Part shown: positions 22,497-30,784 of the stretch, in pieces | Layout of the letters: each line of letters begins with the position of its first letter | Position numbering within the stretch: the stretch's first letter is position 1 | DNA from: Phycisphaeraceae bacterium | GTDB lineage: Bacteria > Planctomycetota > Phycisphaerae > Phycisphaerales > Phycisphaeraceae | DNA: 64,000 bases | Reading direction: 5' to 3' | Assembly (NCBI GenBank): GCA_963674705.1 | Contig: OY771506.1 | Span: 4,448,001-4,512,000 of the forward strand | The notes under the pieces: generated by a model | The model's input: the letters and a program-made list of their open reading frames with translations, nothing else | The model's database searches: none | What the model was told of the DNA's origin: nothing | Position numbers and translations under genes: made by a program

Positions 22497-23579
22497 ATGT
22501 TCAATGCCACACAATCAACAACCTGCCTTAGGGCGATCACAGCCATATTTCTTGTGTTGTCGATTGTCGGATGTGCTACACCGGACAAATCGGACCAAGC
22601 CTATCATCCGGTCTGGCCGCCGCCACCGGCACAACCACGCGTCCGCCACATCATGGACATCCACTCACCCGACGACCTGCGTAAGCCGTCCGCATTGGAT
22701 AACTTGGGCAGGCTTATCACAGGCGGTGGTAAACAGATCCTGACACGGCCAAATAGTGCCGCCGTTGTCGGTAATAATCTGCTCTGTGTAACGGACCAGG
22801 AATGGCAGGGTGTTCATCTGATGCGTATGAATTCTTCCGGCTCAAAGTTTGTATCACTGGCCACAGACAAACTCCACTTCGTCTCTCCTGTTGGTATCGC
22901 AGAGTTTGGGAAACTAATAGCGGTATCCGATAGTGCCCTGAACAACGTCTACCTACTGACACAGGATGGCAAACCTGCCGGGCAGATTGAGGTTCAGGAT
23001 GGTTTCGCCCGACCGACTGGAATGATGTACGACACTGATAGGGATGAGTTGTATGTTGTCGATACGCTTGCCAATCAGGTTTACGTGTTCGATAGGCATG
23101 GGGATTTGGTTAGGAAGTTCGGATCACAGGGTATCGCTCCCGGGCAATTCAATTACCCAACGCATATTTTTGTTGACAATAGAGGCCGTGTGTTTATCAC
23201 TGACTCGATGAACTTCCGCGTGCAGGTTTTCGATCGCGAGGGTAACTACCTGTTCGATATCGGTGCACACGGCGACGCCAGTGGTTTTCTGGCAGTACCG
23301 AAGGGTGTGGGTGTGGATTCAGTTGGCCACATCTATATCGTCGATTCCTACTTTTCAAACGTACAGGTCTTTGATGAGAAAGGCACATTCTTACTTAGCA
23401 TCGGGGGGCCCGGCAAAGGGATCGGCCAATTCCAGGTACCTTCCGGTCTGCATGTTGACAAAAACAACCGTATCTATATCTGCGACAGCTATAACAGGCG
23501 GGTCCAGGTTCTCGAGTACCTGGATGAAGTAAGCGAAGGAGTTGCGAATCATGAAAACGATTCAGCCACTGATCATTAG
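22497..23579 (+). CDS. NHL-repeat beta-propeller lipoprotein
   Basis: Lipobox IVGC; VWPPPPAQPRV; FNYPTHIFVDNRGRVFITDSMNFRVQVFD repeats. Confidence 0.9.
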   Translation: MFNATQSTTCLRAITAIFLVLSIVGCATPDKSDQAYHPVWPPPPAQPRVRHIMDIHSPDDLRKPSALDNLGRLITGGGKQILTRPNSAAVVGNNLLCVTDQEWQGVHLMRMNSSGSKFVSLATDKLHFVSPVGIAEFGKLIAVSDSALNNVYLLTQDGKPAGQIEVQDGFARPTGMMYDTDRDELYVVDTLANQVYVFDRHGDLVRKFGSQGIAPGQFNYPTHIFVDNRGRVFITDSMNFRVQVFDREGNYLFDIGAHGDASGFLAVPKGVGVDSVGHIYIVDSYFSNVQVFDEKGTFLLSIGGPGKGIGQFQVPSGLHVDKNNRIYICDSYNRRVQVLEYLDEVSEGVANHENDSATDH

Positions 23580-25230
23580 CGTTATAGGTCTTGGCATCTG
23601 CCTGTTGTTGAGTGTCGATGGTATCGCACAGAGTCAGACATCAGATGTCGCATCGACCAAGCACAATCTTTCTTCAACCGGACCAGGTACCGTGCGTGTT
23701 GAAGGCTCATCAGGTGTCTGCAGGTATTGCCACACGCCTCACAGTTCTAATCCAATCGCACCGCTCTGGAACCGGGATGATCCGGGCACCTACTACCAGA
23801 CATATGAAAGTTCGACACTTGTAGCAGACGTCGGGCAACCCAGCGGTTCGTCGCGTTTGTGTTTGAGTTGTCACGATGGCACCATCGCGCTGACGCAAAC
23901 CTACAATCCCAATAATGCTCCAGGTGGCAGTACGGTTTTCATCACATCCAGCGACAGGGGATACATCGGCACAGACCTCAGCGACGATCACCCGATCAGT
24001 TTCGTATACGATTCAGGGCTTGCCGTCGCGAAAGGTCAGTTGCGAGACCCCTCATCGTTACCGCCAGAGTTGCCGCTGGACCACAACAACCATGTGCAGT
24101 GCACAACCTGTCACGAACCGCACGATGATTCTTTCGGCAACTTCCTGAGAATGGACAACACGGAGTCTCGCATGTGCCTGAGTTGTCACGAGCCGGACAA
24201 CTGGGCCAGTTCGGCACACGCCAATTCTGGTGCATCGCTGGCGGGCTCTGATGCCATCTGGGACAACATATCCGCATCAACTGTACGTGAAGCGGGTTGT
24301 GAGAGCTGCCACCGTCCCCACACCGCCGGTGGCCGAGAACGCTTACTTCGACGTGAAGCCGAAGAAGACAACTGCATGGACTGCCACGATGGTACAGTCG
24401 CCCGCGTCGATCTAAGTCCTTCACTTAATGCTCTTAGCACGCATCCTGTCAGATTGACGACGGGGGTTCATGATCCGACCGAGTTGCCTTCGACCATGAG
24501 CGAGCATGTCGAATGTGCAGACTGCCATAATCCTCACCAAGCCAGCCGCGGCGGCCCGAGACAGGCGCCCTATATTCAGCCTGCAATGGCTGGCGCAATC
24601 GGTGTGATGAATGCGGGTCTCACTCCGGGCGAAGCACAATACGAATACCAGGTGTGCTTCAAGTGCCACGGCTCACGCAATGTCAGCCAGCCGACTGTGG
24701 ACCGTATCTATGACAACAGCGATCTGGCCGATGCTTTTGACCCACCGAACGACAGTTATCATCCTGTACAGACACAAGGTAAAAACCCGAATGTTCCCAG
24801 CCTTGTACAGAAGTACAAGACGACCAGCATGATCTATTGCAGCGACTGCCACGGCAGCGATGATCCTTCCGTGAGAGGACCCCATGGCTCACGATTCTCC
24901 CCGCTGCTGACGCATAATTACAACACACGCAATAACACCACGGAAAGCCCGCAAGCCTATGCGCTTTGCTACGAATGCCATAACCGAGCAAGTATCCTGA
25001 GTAATGAGAGCTTCGCAAAACATAAGGAACATCTCGATTCAAACGCATCCTGCGCTACATGCCACGATCCGCACGGCGTCAGAGAGAATACTCACCTGAT
25101 TAACTTCGATCGCACAACGGTCAGTGCCGCGAGTAACGGCGTCGGGCCGATATTCCGAGATAGTGGTGTGTTTGCAGGCTCTTGCACATTGTCTTGCCAC
25201 GGTGTAGACCACATTGACAAAAGCTACTAG
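23551..25230 (+). CDS. Secreted 12-heme cytochrome c with N-terminal OmcE-like tetraheme domain
   Basis: 11 CxxCH + terminal CTLSCH; N-terminal TKHNLS..CRYCHTPH..PLWNR..SRLCLSCHDG..GTDLSDDHPISF..CTTCHEPH..FLR..MCLSCH; SD AAGGAG. Confidence 0.9.
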   Translation: MKTIQPLIISVIGLGICLLLSVDGIAQSQTSDVASTKHNLSSTGPGTVRVEGSSGVCRYCHTPHSSNPIAPLWNRDDPGTYYQTYESSTLVADVGQPSGSSRLCLSCHDGTIALTQTYNPNNAPGGSTVFITSSDRGYIGTDLSDDHPISFVYDSGLAVAKGQLRDPSSLPPELPLDHNNHVQCTTCHEPHDDSFGNFLRMDNTESRMCLSCHEPDNWASSAHANSGASLAGSDAIWDNISASTVREAGCESCHRPHTAGGRERLLRREAEEDNCMDCHDGTVARVDLSPSLNALSTHPVRLTTGVHDPTELPSTMSEHVECADCHNPHQASRGGPRQAPYIQPAMAGAIGVMNAGLTPGEAQYEYQVCFKCHGSRNVSQPTVDRIYDNSDLADAFDPPNDSYHPVQTQGKNPNVPSLVQKYKTTSMIYCSDCHGSDDPSVRGPHGSRFSPLLTHNYNTRNNTTESPQAYALCYECHNRASILSNESFAKHKEHLDSNASCATCHDPHGVRENTHLINFDRTTVSAASNGVGPIFRDSGVFAGSCTLSCHGVDHIDKSY

Positions 25231-25249
25231 CGAGTGATTACGATTTCAT

Positions 25250-25292
25250 ATAATCAGACGTTTGTACCGTGTTAGTCATAAAGTCTGATTAT
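25250..25292. terminator. Hairpin between convergent cytochrome operons
   Basis: ATAATCAGAC...GTCTGATTAT inverted repeat; no clear U-tract. Confidence 0.4.
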
Positions 25293-25314
25293 CGTGCAAC
25301 ATTGTCCGGCTGAT

Positions 25315-26334
25315 TCATTGCCTGGCAGATCGATGCTCATAAGCATTGCGATATGCTACTGCCGCCTGCTCCCATTCCTGGTCGTGTTCATGGACGCGTC
25401 CGAGATAGTAGTAAGCCTCAGAAGGATCAGGATTCACGTTCAAGGCAGCATCTAACGCAACTTTCGCCTCTTCGTAGCGATCTAACTCAACCAAGGCGCG
25501 TCCGCGGAGCGTCTGAACACGCCACGTCGGCGCCTTGCCTTCAGGTATTGTGTCAAGCTGAGTGATGGCTTGAGTTGGATTTTGTTTAATCACATACACA
25601 CGGGCCAACATCAGGATCAATTGCGTATCCTTGGGATCAATCGTTAATCCTTGTTGTAATTCTTGCAACGCAAGGTCGGTTTGCCCCTTTTCAAGCAACC
25701 GCTCCGCCATGTGTAAATGTCTTGAAGCGACACTGTCCGGCGTACTGGCTATTGTTCCATTTGATTTTAGCCGTTCTTCCAAGGCAGTTTTATCAATAAC
25801 GCCGTTCGCGTAATCGACATAGGCCTGCAGATCCTTGCCGTACGATGCTCGCAATCCTGGCATGTGTGCAACTCGGTTACCTGCCGGATCAATGACTTCG
25901 GTCGTTGGCCATACCCGTACAGATAATTGCCCTGATGCGTCGTAATCCTGGTCAATCACAACTGGACCCGCCCACTGGCCGGAATCCTTGATACGTTTGG
26001 CGCCCTCAGCGGCATCTTGGCCACTGACGACAAGGATAGGCTGGATCAAGTCTTTATGTGCAGGATCAGCTAAGAGCACATTGAGTTGGTTCATCGCAGT
26101 GTCACTGCGCTCCTGGTCGGCTTTGACAAACAGGATGATGCTGGTCTTGCCTTCGACAGGCACTCCGATTTGATCGCCTTCCGCATCCGTCACACGCCAT
26201 TCGATCTGGGCCACTGCTATCTGATCTGTAGATTGTGACATTGCGATATTGCCATGCATGGCAAGAGATAGTCCCAAGGCAGCAGTACAAAGTGTTTTGA
26301 GTCCGTACTTCATCATATGATTGTGCTGTTTCAT
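25315..26334 (-). CDS. Secreted protein: thioredoxin-like fold lacking CxxC plus TPR repeats
   Basis: GKTSIILFVKADQERS, PVVIDQD, VRVWPTTEVIDPAG (TlpA-like) then TPRs (ALNVNPDPSEAYYYLGRV). Confidence 0.72.
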   Translation of the reverse strand: MKQHNHMMKYGLKTLCTAALGLSLAMHGNIAMSQSTDQIAVAQIEWRVTDAEGDQIGVPVEGKTSIILFVKADQERSDTAMNQLNVLLADPAHKDLIQPILVVSGQDAAEGAKRIKDSGQWAGPVVIDQDYDASGQLSVRVWPTTEVIDPAGNRVAHMPGLRASYGKDLQAYVDYANGVIDKTALEERLKSNGTIASTPDSVASRHLHMAERLLEKGQTDLALQELQQGLTIDPKDTQLILMLARVYVIKQNPTQAITQLDTIPEGKAPTWRVQTLRGRALVELDRYEEAKVALDAALNVNPDPSEAYYYLGRVHEHDQEWEQAAVAYRNAYEHRSARQ

Positions 26335-26345
26335 GGCATGGCTTT

Positions 26346-27686
26346 CTATTGCTGTGCGGTGTAATCGACAGGATTCTCACGGTCATATGCTTTGTGCTGA
26401 TGGCAACCGGGCGTACACGATCCGCCGGTATCGGTCTGCTCGTAATTGATCGGTAACTCCCAGTTACCATATGGAACGGTTTCTCGCAGATGCAGAGCCA
26501 ACGTGCTGGCGTGAACACTATGGCACGCCCTGCAGCTCCGTCCGCGTGGATCCTTATTCACATGCATATAATGCATGTTGGTATCACCATTACGGAATCC
26601 GGTCAATCCCTTTGCTTCTGGTGTTAGCACCAGTTGCTCGTCATGACATTCAAAACAAAGCTTGTAACTGTTAATATCAAACGGCTGGTAGAACGTTTCG
26701 GGGTATTCTTCGGTGAGTAGGTTTGAGAATTCTGAACCGTGAACATTATGACACCCGCCACAACTGCCCTCGGCAACCGGGCCGTGTTTAATGAGGTTCG
26801 GATTTGTAACTTCCGTCACAGCGGCGACATCCCGCCCATCGATTGCTGTAACCGGCTCGTTGTGACAGGTCATGCAGATGTCAACGGGTTTATCTTTCAT
26901 CAGGTTTGCCAAATCGCCGCCGTGTGGCGTATGGCAATTCCCACACGCCCGGTCCTGCGTAACTGCTGTGTGCTGATACTTAGCAGTGGTAACCGCTTCT
27001 TTTACCTGTTCATGGCATGATGTGCACAATTCATTTTGAGATTCACGGATAAACATCGGGAAGTTTGATCCGTGCGCATCATGGCAATTCATGCAATCCT
27101 CTTTAACAGGCTCATGCACAAACGTAACTTTGCTAAGCTGATCATTCATCTCCGTATGACATGTAACACACAACTCCCGGCCGGTCTCGACCAGAAGCTT
27201 AGGCTTTGTAGAAGCGTGTGCCTGGTGACACATCCCGCAGGCGCCGGCCGCAACCGGGCCATGAATAAACTCCATATTCGCTGTCACATCCTGGTGGCAT
27301 GATGCACACAACTCATTCATCGTTGGCTTCTTCAGAGAGTTACTATCAAATCCACCATGCGGATCATGGCATCCGGTACAGTCGCGTGTGACCAGTGGTT
27401 CGTGCAATGTTGCCCCCTCTGGCACCTCGATGACGTGGCAGAATGTACAGGTTTCAGCCTTTTCTCTTGCCGGCTTATACGTGTGTGTCTTAGCATCAAC
27501 CAACGTATGACAAGCATCACAGGCATTTACATTCACAGGTCCATGCAGAACCTTGTGATCTTTTACATTCGCATGGCAATCCGCGGTGACACAACTCTCG
27601 GGCTTGATCTCTGTCGTCGGTTTATCGAGCCCCATACAAAGGGTTGTGCATAGCACAAGCATGATAATTGTCTGGTAGTACTTCAT
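26346..27686 (-). CDS. Periplasmic 15-heme cytochrome c
   Basis: 13 CxxCH + CVTADCH + CTPGCH; signal peptide. Confidence 0.92.
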   Translation of the reverse strand: MKYYQTIIMLVLCTTLCMGLDKPTTEIKPESCVTADCHANVKDHKVLHGPVNVNACDACHTLVDAKTHTYKPAREKAETCTFCHVIEVPEGATLHEPLVTRDCTGCHDPHGGFDSNSLKKPTMNELCASCHQDVTANMEFIHGPVAAGACGMCHQAHASTKPKLLVETGRELCVTCHTEMNDQLSKVTFVHEPVKEDCMNCHDAHGSNFPMFIRESQNELCTSCHEQVKEAVTTAKYQHTAVTQDRACGNCHTPHGGDLANLMKDKPVDICMTCHNEPVTAIDGRDVAAVTEVTNPNLIKHGPVAEGSCGGCHNVHGSEFSNLLTEEYPETFYQPFDINSYKLCFECHDEQLVLTPEAKGLTGFRNGDTNMHYMHVNKDPRGRSCRACHSVHASTLALHLRETVPYGNWELPINYEQTDTGGSCTPGCHQHKAYDRENPVDYTAQQ

Positions 27687-29233
27687 GAGGGTCCCCCTTG
27701 TGAGGGTGCTTCGTTGGTATTGGGTGAATCTACAGTTTGACCACGGATATACTCTTTGGGTTCATGACATCCCGGCGAGCAACTACCACCGGTCTCGGTT
27801 CGGCTGAAGTTGATAGGCATGGCCCAGTTTGATCCCTCGAAGGGCACATCGGACGCGATGTGATCGGGGCGGTCGCTTCCGTGAATATCGTGACAAGTCT
27901 TACAGGTCCTGCCTTTTTCATCCTTATGAACGTGCACGTAGTGCAGGTTCCGATCACCCTGACGGAATCCTGTCAGACTGTCTGTATTCTCAGTAAGGAC
28001 TAGATCAGCGCTATGACAACTGAAACACAGTGCGTAATTGGTCAGATCGAAGCTCGCATAGAAAGATTCTGGAAATGCTTTAACCAGCAAGCGTGCATTT
28101 TCACCACCATGCACACTGTGACATGCAGCACAGTCTCCCGACCGGATCGGGCCATGCAGATACTTTTTATTGAGTGTCGCCTGCATATCCTGCACGGTGT
28201 GTCCATCGGCCGCGATGACAGGTTTATCATGGCATTGCATGCAGAGTTTGTCGGTTCTGTCTTGCAACAGAGCTTGCCCCCCTGCCGCGTGAGGATTGTG
28301 ACAGTTCGCACAAGCATCATCAATAAACAAGGCATCATGTGACACGGGTTGTGTCTCTATACGTTTTGCCATACCGTCATGACACGAGAAGCAGCCTTGG
28401 GCTATTGGTTGCGATAGATGGAATGGATTCTCGCTGGTGTGCGCATCATGACATGTTGTGCAACCGGTCTCGGCTGGTTCATGAACGAATGGCGAGTTAG
28501 CCATACTGACCTGAATACCGGTATGACAACTGAAGCATTGATCAGGCTGTTCACCTTGCCGAAGAAGATTCGCAGCGTTAGATTCGTGTGGTTCATGACA
28601 GACCGTGCACTGCCCCGCAGCAAATGGGCCGTGAGCATACTTCTTAAGTGGGATCTGGTGACAGGTTGAACATAACTGCTCAACTGATGGCTCGGTCAGA
28701 AGGAACTTCGTATCCGAACTATGTGGGTCATGACACGCGGTACAACCACTGATTTCAACAGCCTCGTGCTCGTGTGACCGCATACCAATGACCGGATGAC
28801 AGAATAGACATGTCTGATTGCCCTCACGTTTTAGCGGGAAGACATGCTTGCCGGTATCTTGCTCATGACACGACTCACAGTTGGCAACAGCAACCGGACC
28901 ATGAATCTGCTTTTGAGTCATAAATTGTGTGTGACATCCGGGCGTAACGCAGGTAGCCCCTACGGCCATCGGCTCGGTTGGTTTGGGCAATGGTTCAGCA
29001 GCTTTAAATCGGCTGGTTGAGCTGGATGATGAATTATTCTGATTAGCCTCAAAGTGTGAAGTGGAGGAGGCCGTGGCAGATGTGCCACTTTTGCTATCAG
29101 CTTCTGGCGTCTCGTGGCCACAACCAGCTATACCGAACATTGCCGTTATGCTCAACAGCATCACAAGCATACAACGCGTTGATACATACCGCGATGTTCG
29201 TGTATTAATCGATTTGGTCTGTGGCTTTGTCAT
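27683..29233 (-). CDS. 15-heme cytochrome c lipoprotein, paralogue of 26346-27686
   Basis: Lipobox IAGC, Ser-rich linker, 13 CxxCH + CVTPGCH + CSPGCH. Confidence 0.92.
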   Translation of the reverse strand: MTKPQTKSINTRTSRYVSTRCMLVMLLSITAMFGIAGCGHETPEADSKSGTSATASSTSHFEANQNNSSSSSTSRFKAAEPLPKPTEPMAVGATCVTPGCHTQFMTQKQIHGPVAVANCESCHEQDTGKHVFPLKREGNQTCLFCHPVIGMRSHEHEAVEISGCTACHDPHSSDTKFLLTEPSVEQLCSTCHQIPLKKYAHGPFAAGQCTVCHEPHESNAANLLRQGEQPDQCFSCHTGIQVSMANSPFVHEPAETGCTTCHDAHTSENPFHLSQPIAQGCFSCHDGMAKRIETQPVSHDALFIDDACANCHNPHAAGGQALLQDRTDKLCMQCHDKPVIAADGHTVQDMQATLNKKYLHGPIRSGDCAACHSVHGGENARLLVKAFPESFYASFDLTNYALCFSCHSADLVLTENTDSLTGFRQGDRNLHYVHVHKDEKGRTCKTCHDIHGSDRPDHIASDVPFEGSNWAMPINFSRTETGGSCSPGCHEPKEYIRGQTVDSPNTNEAPSQGGPS

Positions 29234-30774
29234 GGCGCCGCGTTAGCCGTCCCTCCCGAATCAATATGCGGGGTATCCTTCAGTGCTTCCAGTACCTCGG
29301 TGTAGTTGTCCATCGATACGTTCAACAAGGCAGTGGCATAGGTAATGTTGTGTACACCATGCCCCAGCTTGACCAATTGGAGATTGTGATCTGCATCATC
29401 GATCATGCGTTGCAGATCCAATTCCTTATTCGGCTCGATAACCGCAGTTTTCATCGACTCAGAGCATTGCTGCTGCAATTGTTCTGTGCTTTCGAGATGT
29501 TGTTGAATCGTGTCTCGCCAGATATCGAGCATTTCGCCGTAGTGCGAACCGTGGCATTTGTCGCACGCCGCTTGTGCCGCTACATAAGTTTGGCCGACCA
29601 CATTCGCCACATCACTGGCAAACTCTCTTTGTTGATGACACGCCACACAGTCAACCTGCGATGAGAACATCGGGCTGGGCATGTCCGGCACACCGCGCCC
29701 GCCGACCCCGCTATACAGTTCAGCCGGACCGTTGTGCGTCATGTTGTGACAAGATGCACATGTGCTCTGATCCCCGCTGCTATGCGACTCCGGCATAAGG
29801 CTTCCCGATGTCGCTAGACCGGCTGTTAAATGATGCACGATCTGGATGTGGCAGCTCGAGCACTCAACCTTGTTCTCAGTGATATGAATCTCATGTATCT
29901 TGCCCGTTTCACCGTACTGTGCGATCTGCACTGGTTTGTTATGGCAGGTCCAGCAGAACTGCTTAGGCACTGCGCCATCCCCACTGACCGCGTCGATGTG
30001 ACAATTCTCACATGTCACACCACGATCCAGGTATTCGTCATGATTAAAGACACCTGTTGCCAACTGTATCTCACCTGAAGGCGCATCATGACATGACCGG
30101 CATCCGCCTAGTGTCTCATCGTCCCGACCGTGCTTGAGACCTTTGAAGTGACAGAGGAAACAGGTGTCAAGCGTCACAACAAGGTGCTGCCCCTGCACAA
30201 TCTGTGAGTGGCACGACACACAACGCAACTGCTTACCCCTGCGTAATTCGGTTAAGTGAGGGGTGTGATCAAATTTGATCGTGATCTCCGTGCCCCGCTG
30301 TGTCTGGATCGGCCAATCAACTTTGCCTTGCAGCAATCGCTTCTCATGGCAACCTGACCGCATGCATGACGAATCGCGGATCTCCGCATGGGGTTTGGAG
30401 CCATAAGTATTCGTGATGTACTTCGCCGCCTGACTGGAAGCTTCCCACTTGCCCCTGAGCGTATTTTCAAGCCCGGGCTCGAAGTGGCAATCGACGCAAG
30501 CCACATCCTTATGTGTCGATTCGTGCCATGCCTGATAGTACGGCTCCATGATGTGACACGACCGGCAGAAGTCCGGCTGCATCGAATACTCTGCAAAACC
30601 GGCAGAACCAACCGCTCCCCCTACCACGACGATAAGAAACCAGCCCCATAGGTTGGGCAGGTATCGCAGGCGTTTGCCCTCACGTCGTTTCACCCCGATC
30701 CAGCGTATCCACTTGCGTGGCTGTTTCTGGTTTTCGGATTCAGTTCCAGTATTGTCGGTCTTGCCCTCGCCCAT
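29230..30774 (-). CDS. Membrane-anchored NapC/NirT-type multiheme cytochrome (12 hemes)
   Basis: N-terminal TM then PDFCRSCHIMEPYY..W..STH..VACVDCH; 11 CxxCH + CMRSGCH. Confidence 0.85.
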   Translation of the reverse strand: MGEGKTDNTGTESENQKQPRKWIRWIGVKRREGKRLRYLPNLWGWFLIVVVGGAVGSAGFAEYSMQPDFCRSCHIMEPYYQAWHESTHKDVACVDCHFEPGLENTLRGKWEASSQAAKYITNTYGSKPHAEIRDSSCMRSGCHEKRLLQGKVDWPIQTQRGTEITIKFDHTPHLTELRRGKQLRCVSCHSQIVQGQHLVVTLDTCFLCHFKGLKHGRDDETLGGCRSCHDAPSGEIQLATGVFNHDEYLDRGVTCENCHIDAVSGDGAVPKQFCWTCHNKPVQIAQYGETGKIHEIHITENKVECSSCHIQIVHHLTAGLATSGSLMPESHSSGDQSTCASCHNMTHNGPAELYSGVGGRGVPDMPSPMFSSQVDCVACHQQREFASDVANVVGQTYVAAQAACDKCHGSHYGEMLDIWRDTIQQHLESTEQLQQQCSESMKTAVIEPNKELDLQRMIDDADHNLQLVKLGHGVHNITYATALLNVSMDNYTEVLEALKDTPHIDSGGTANAAP

Positions 30775-30784
30775 GACTGGTCTC

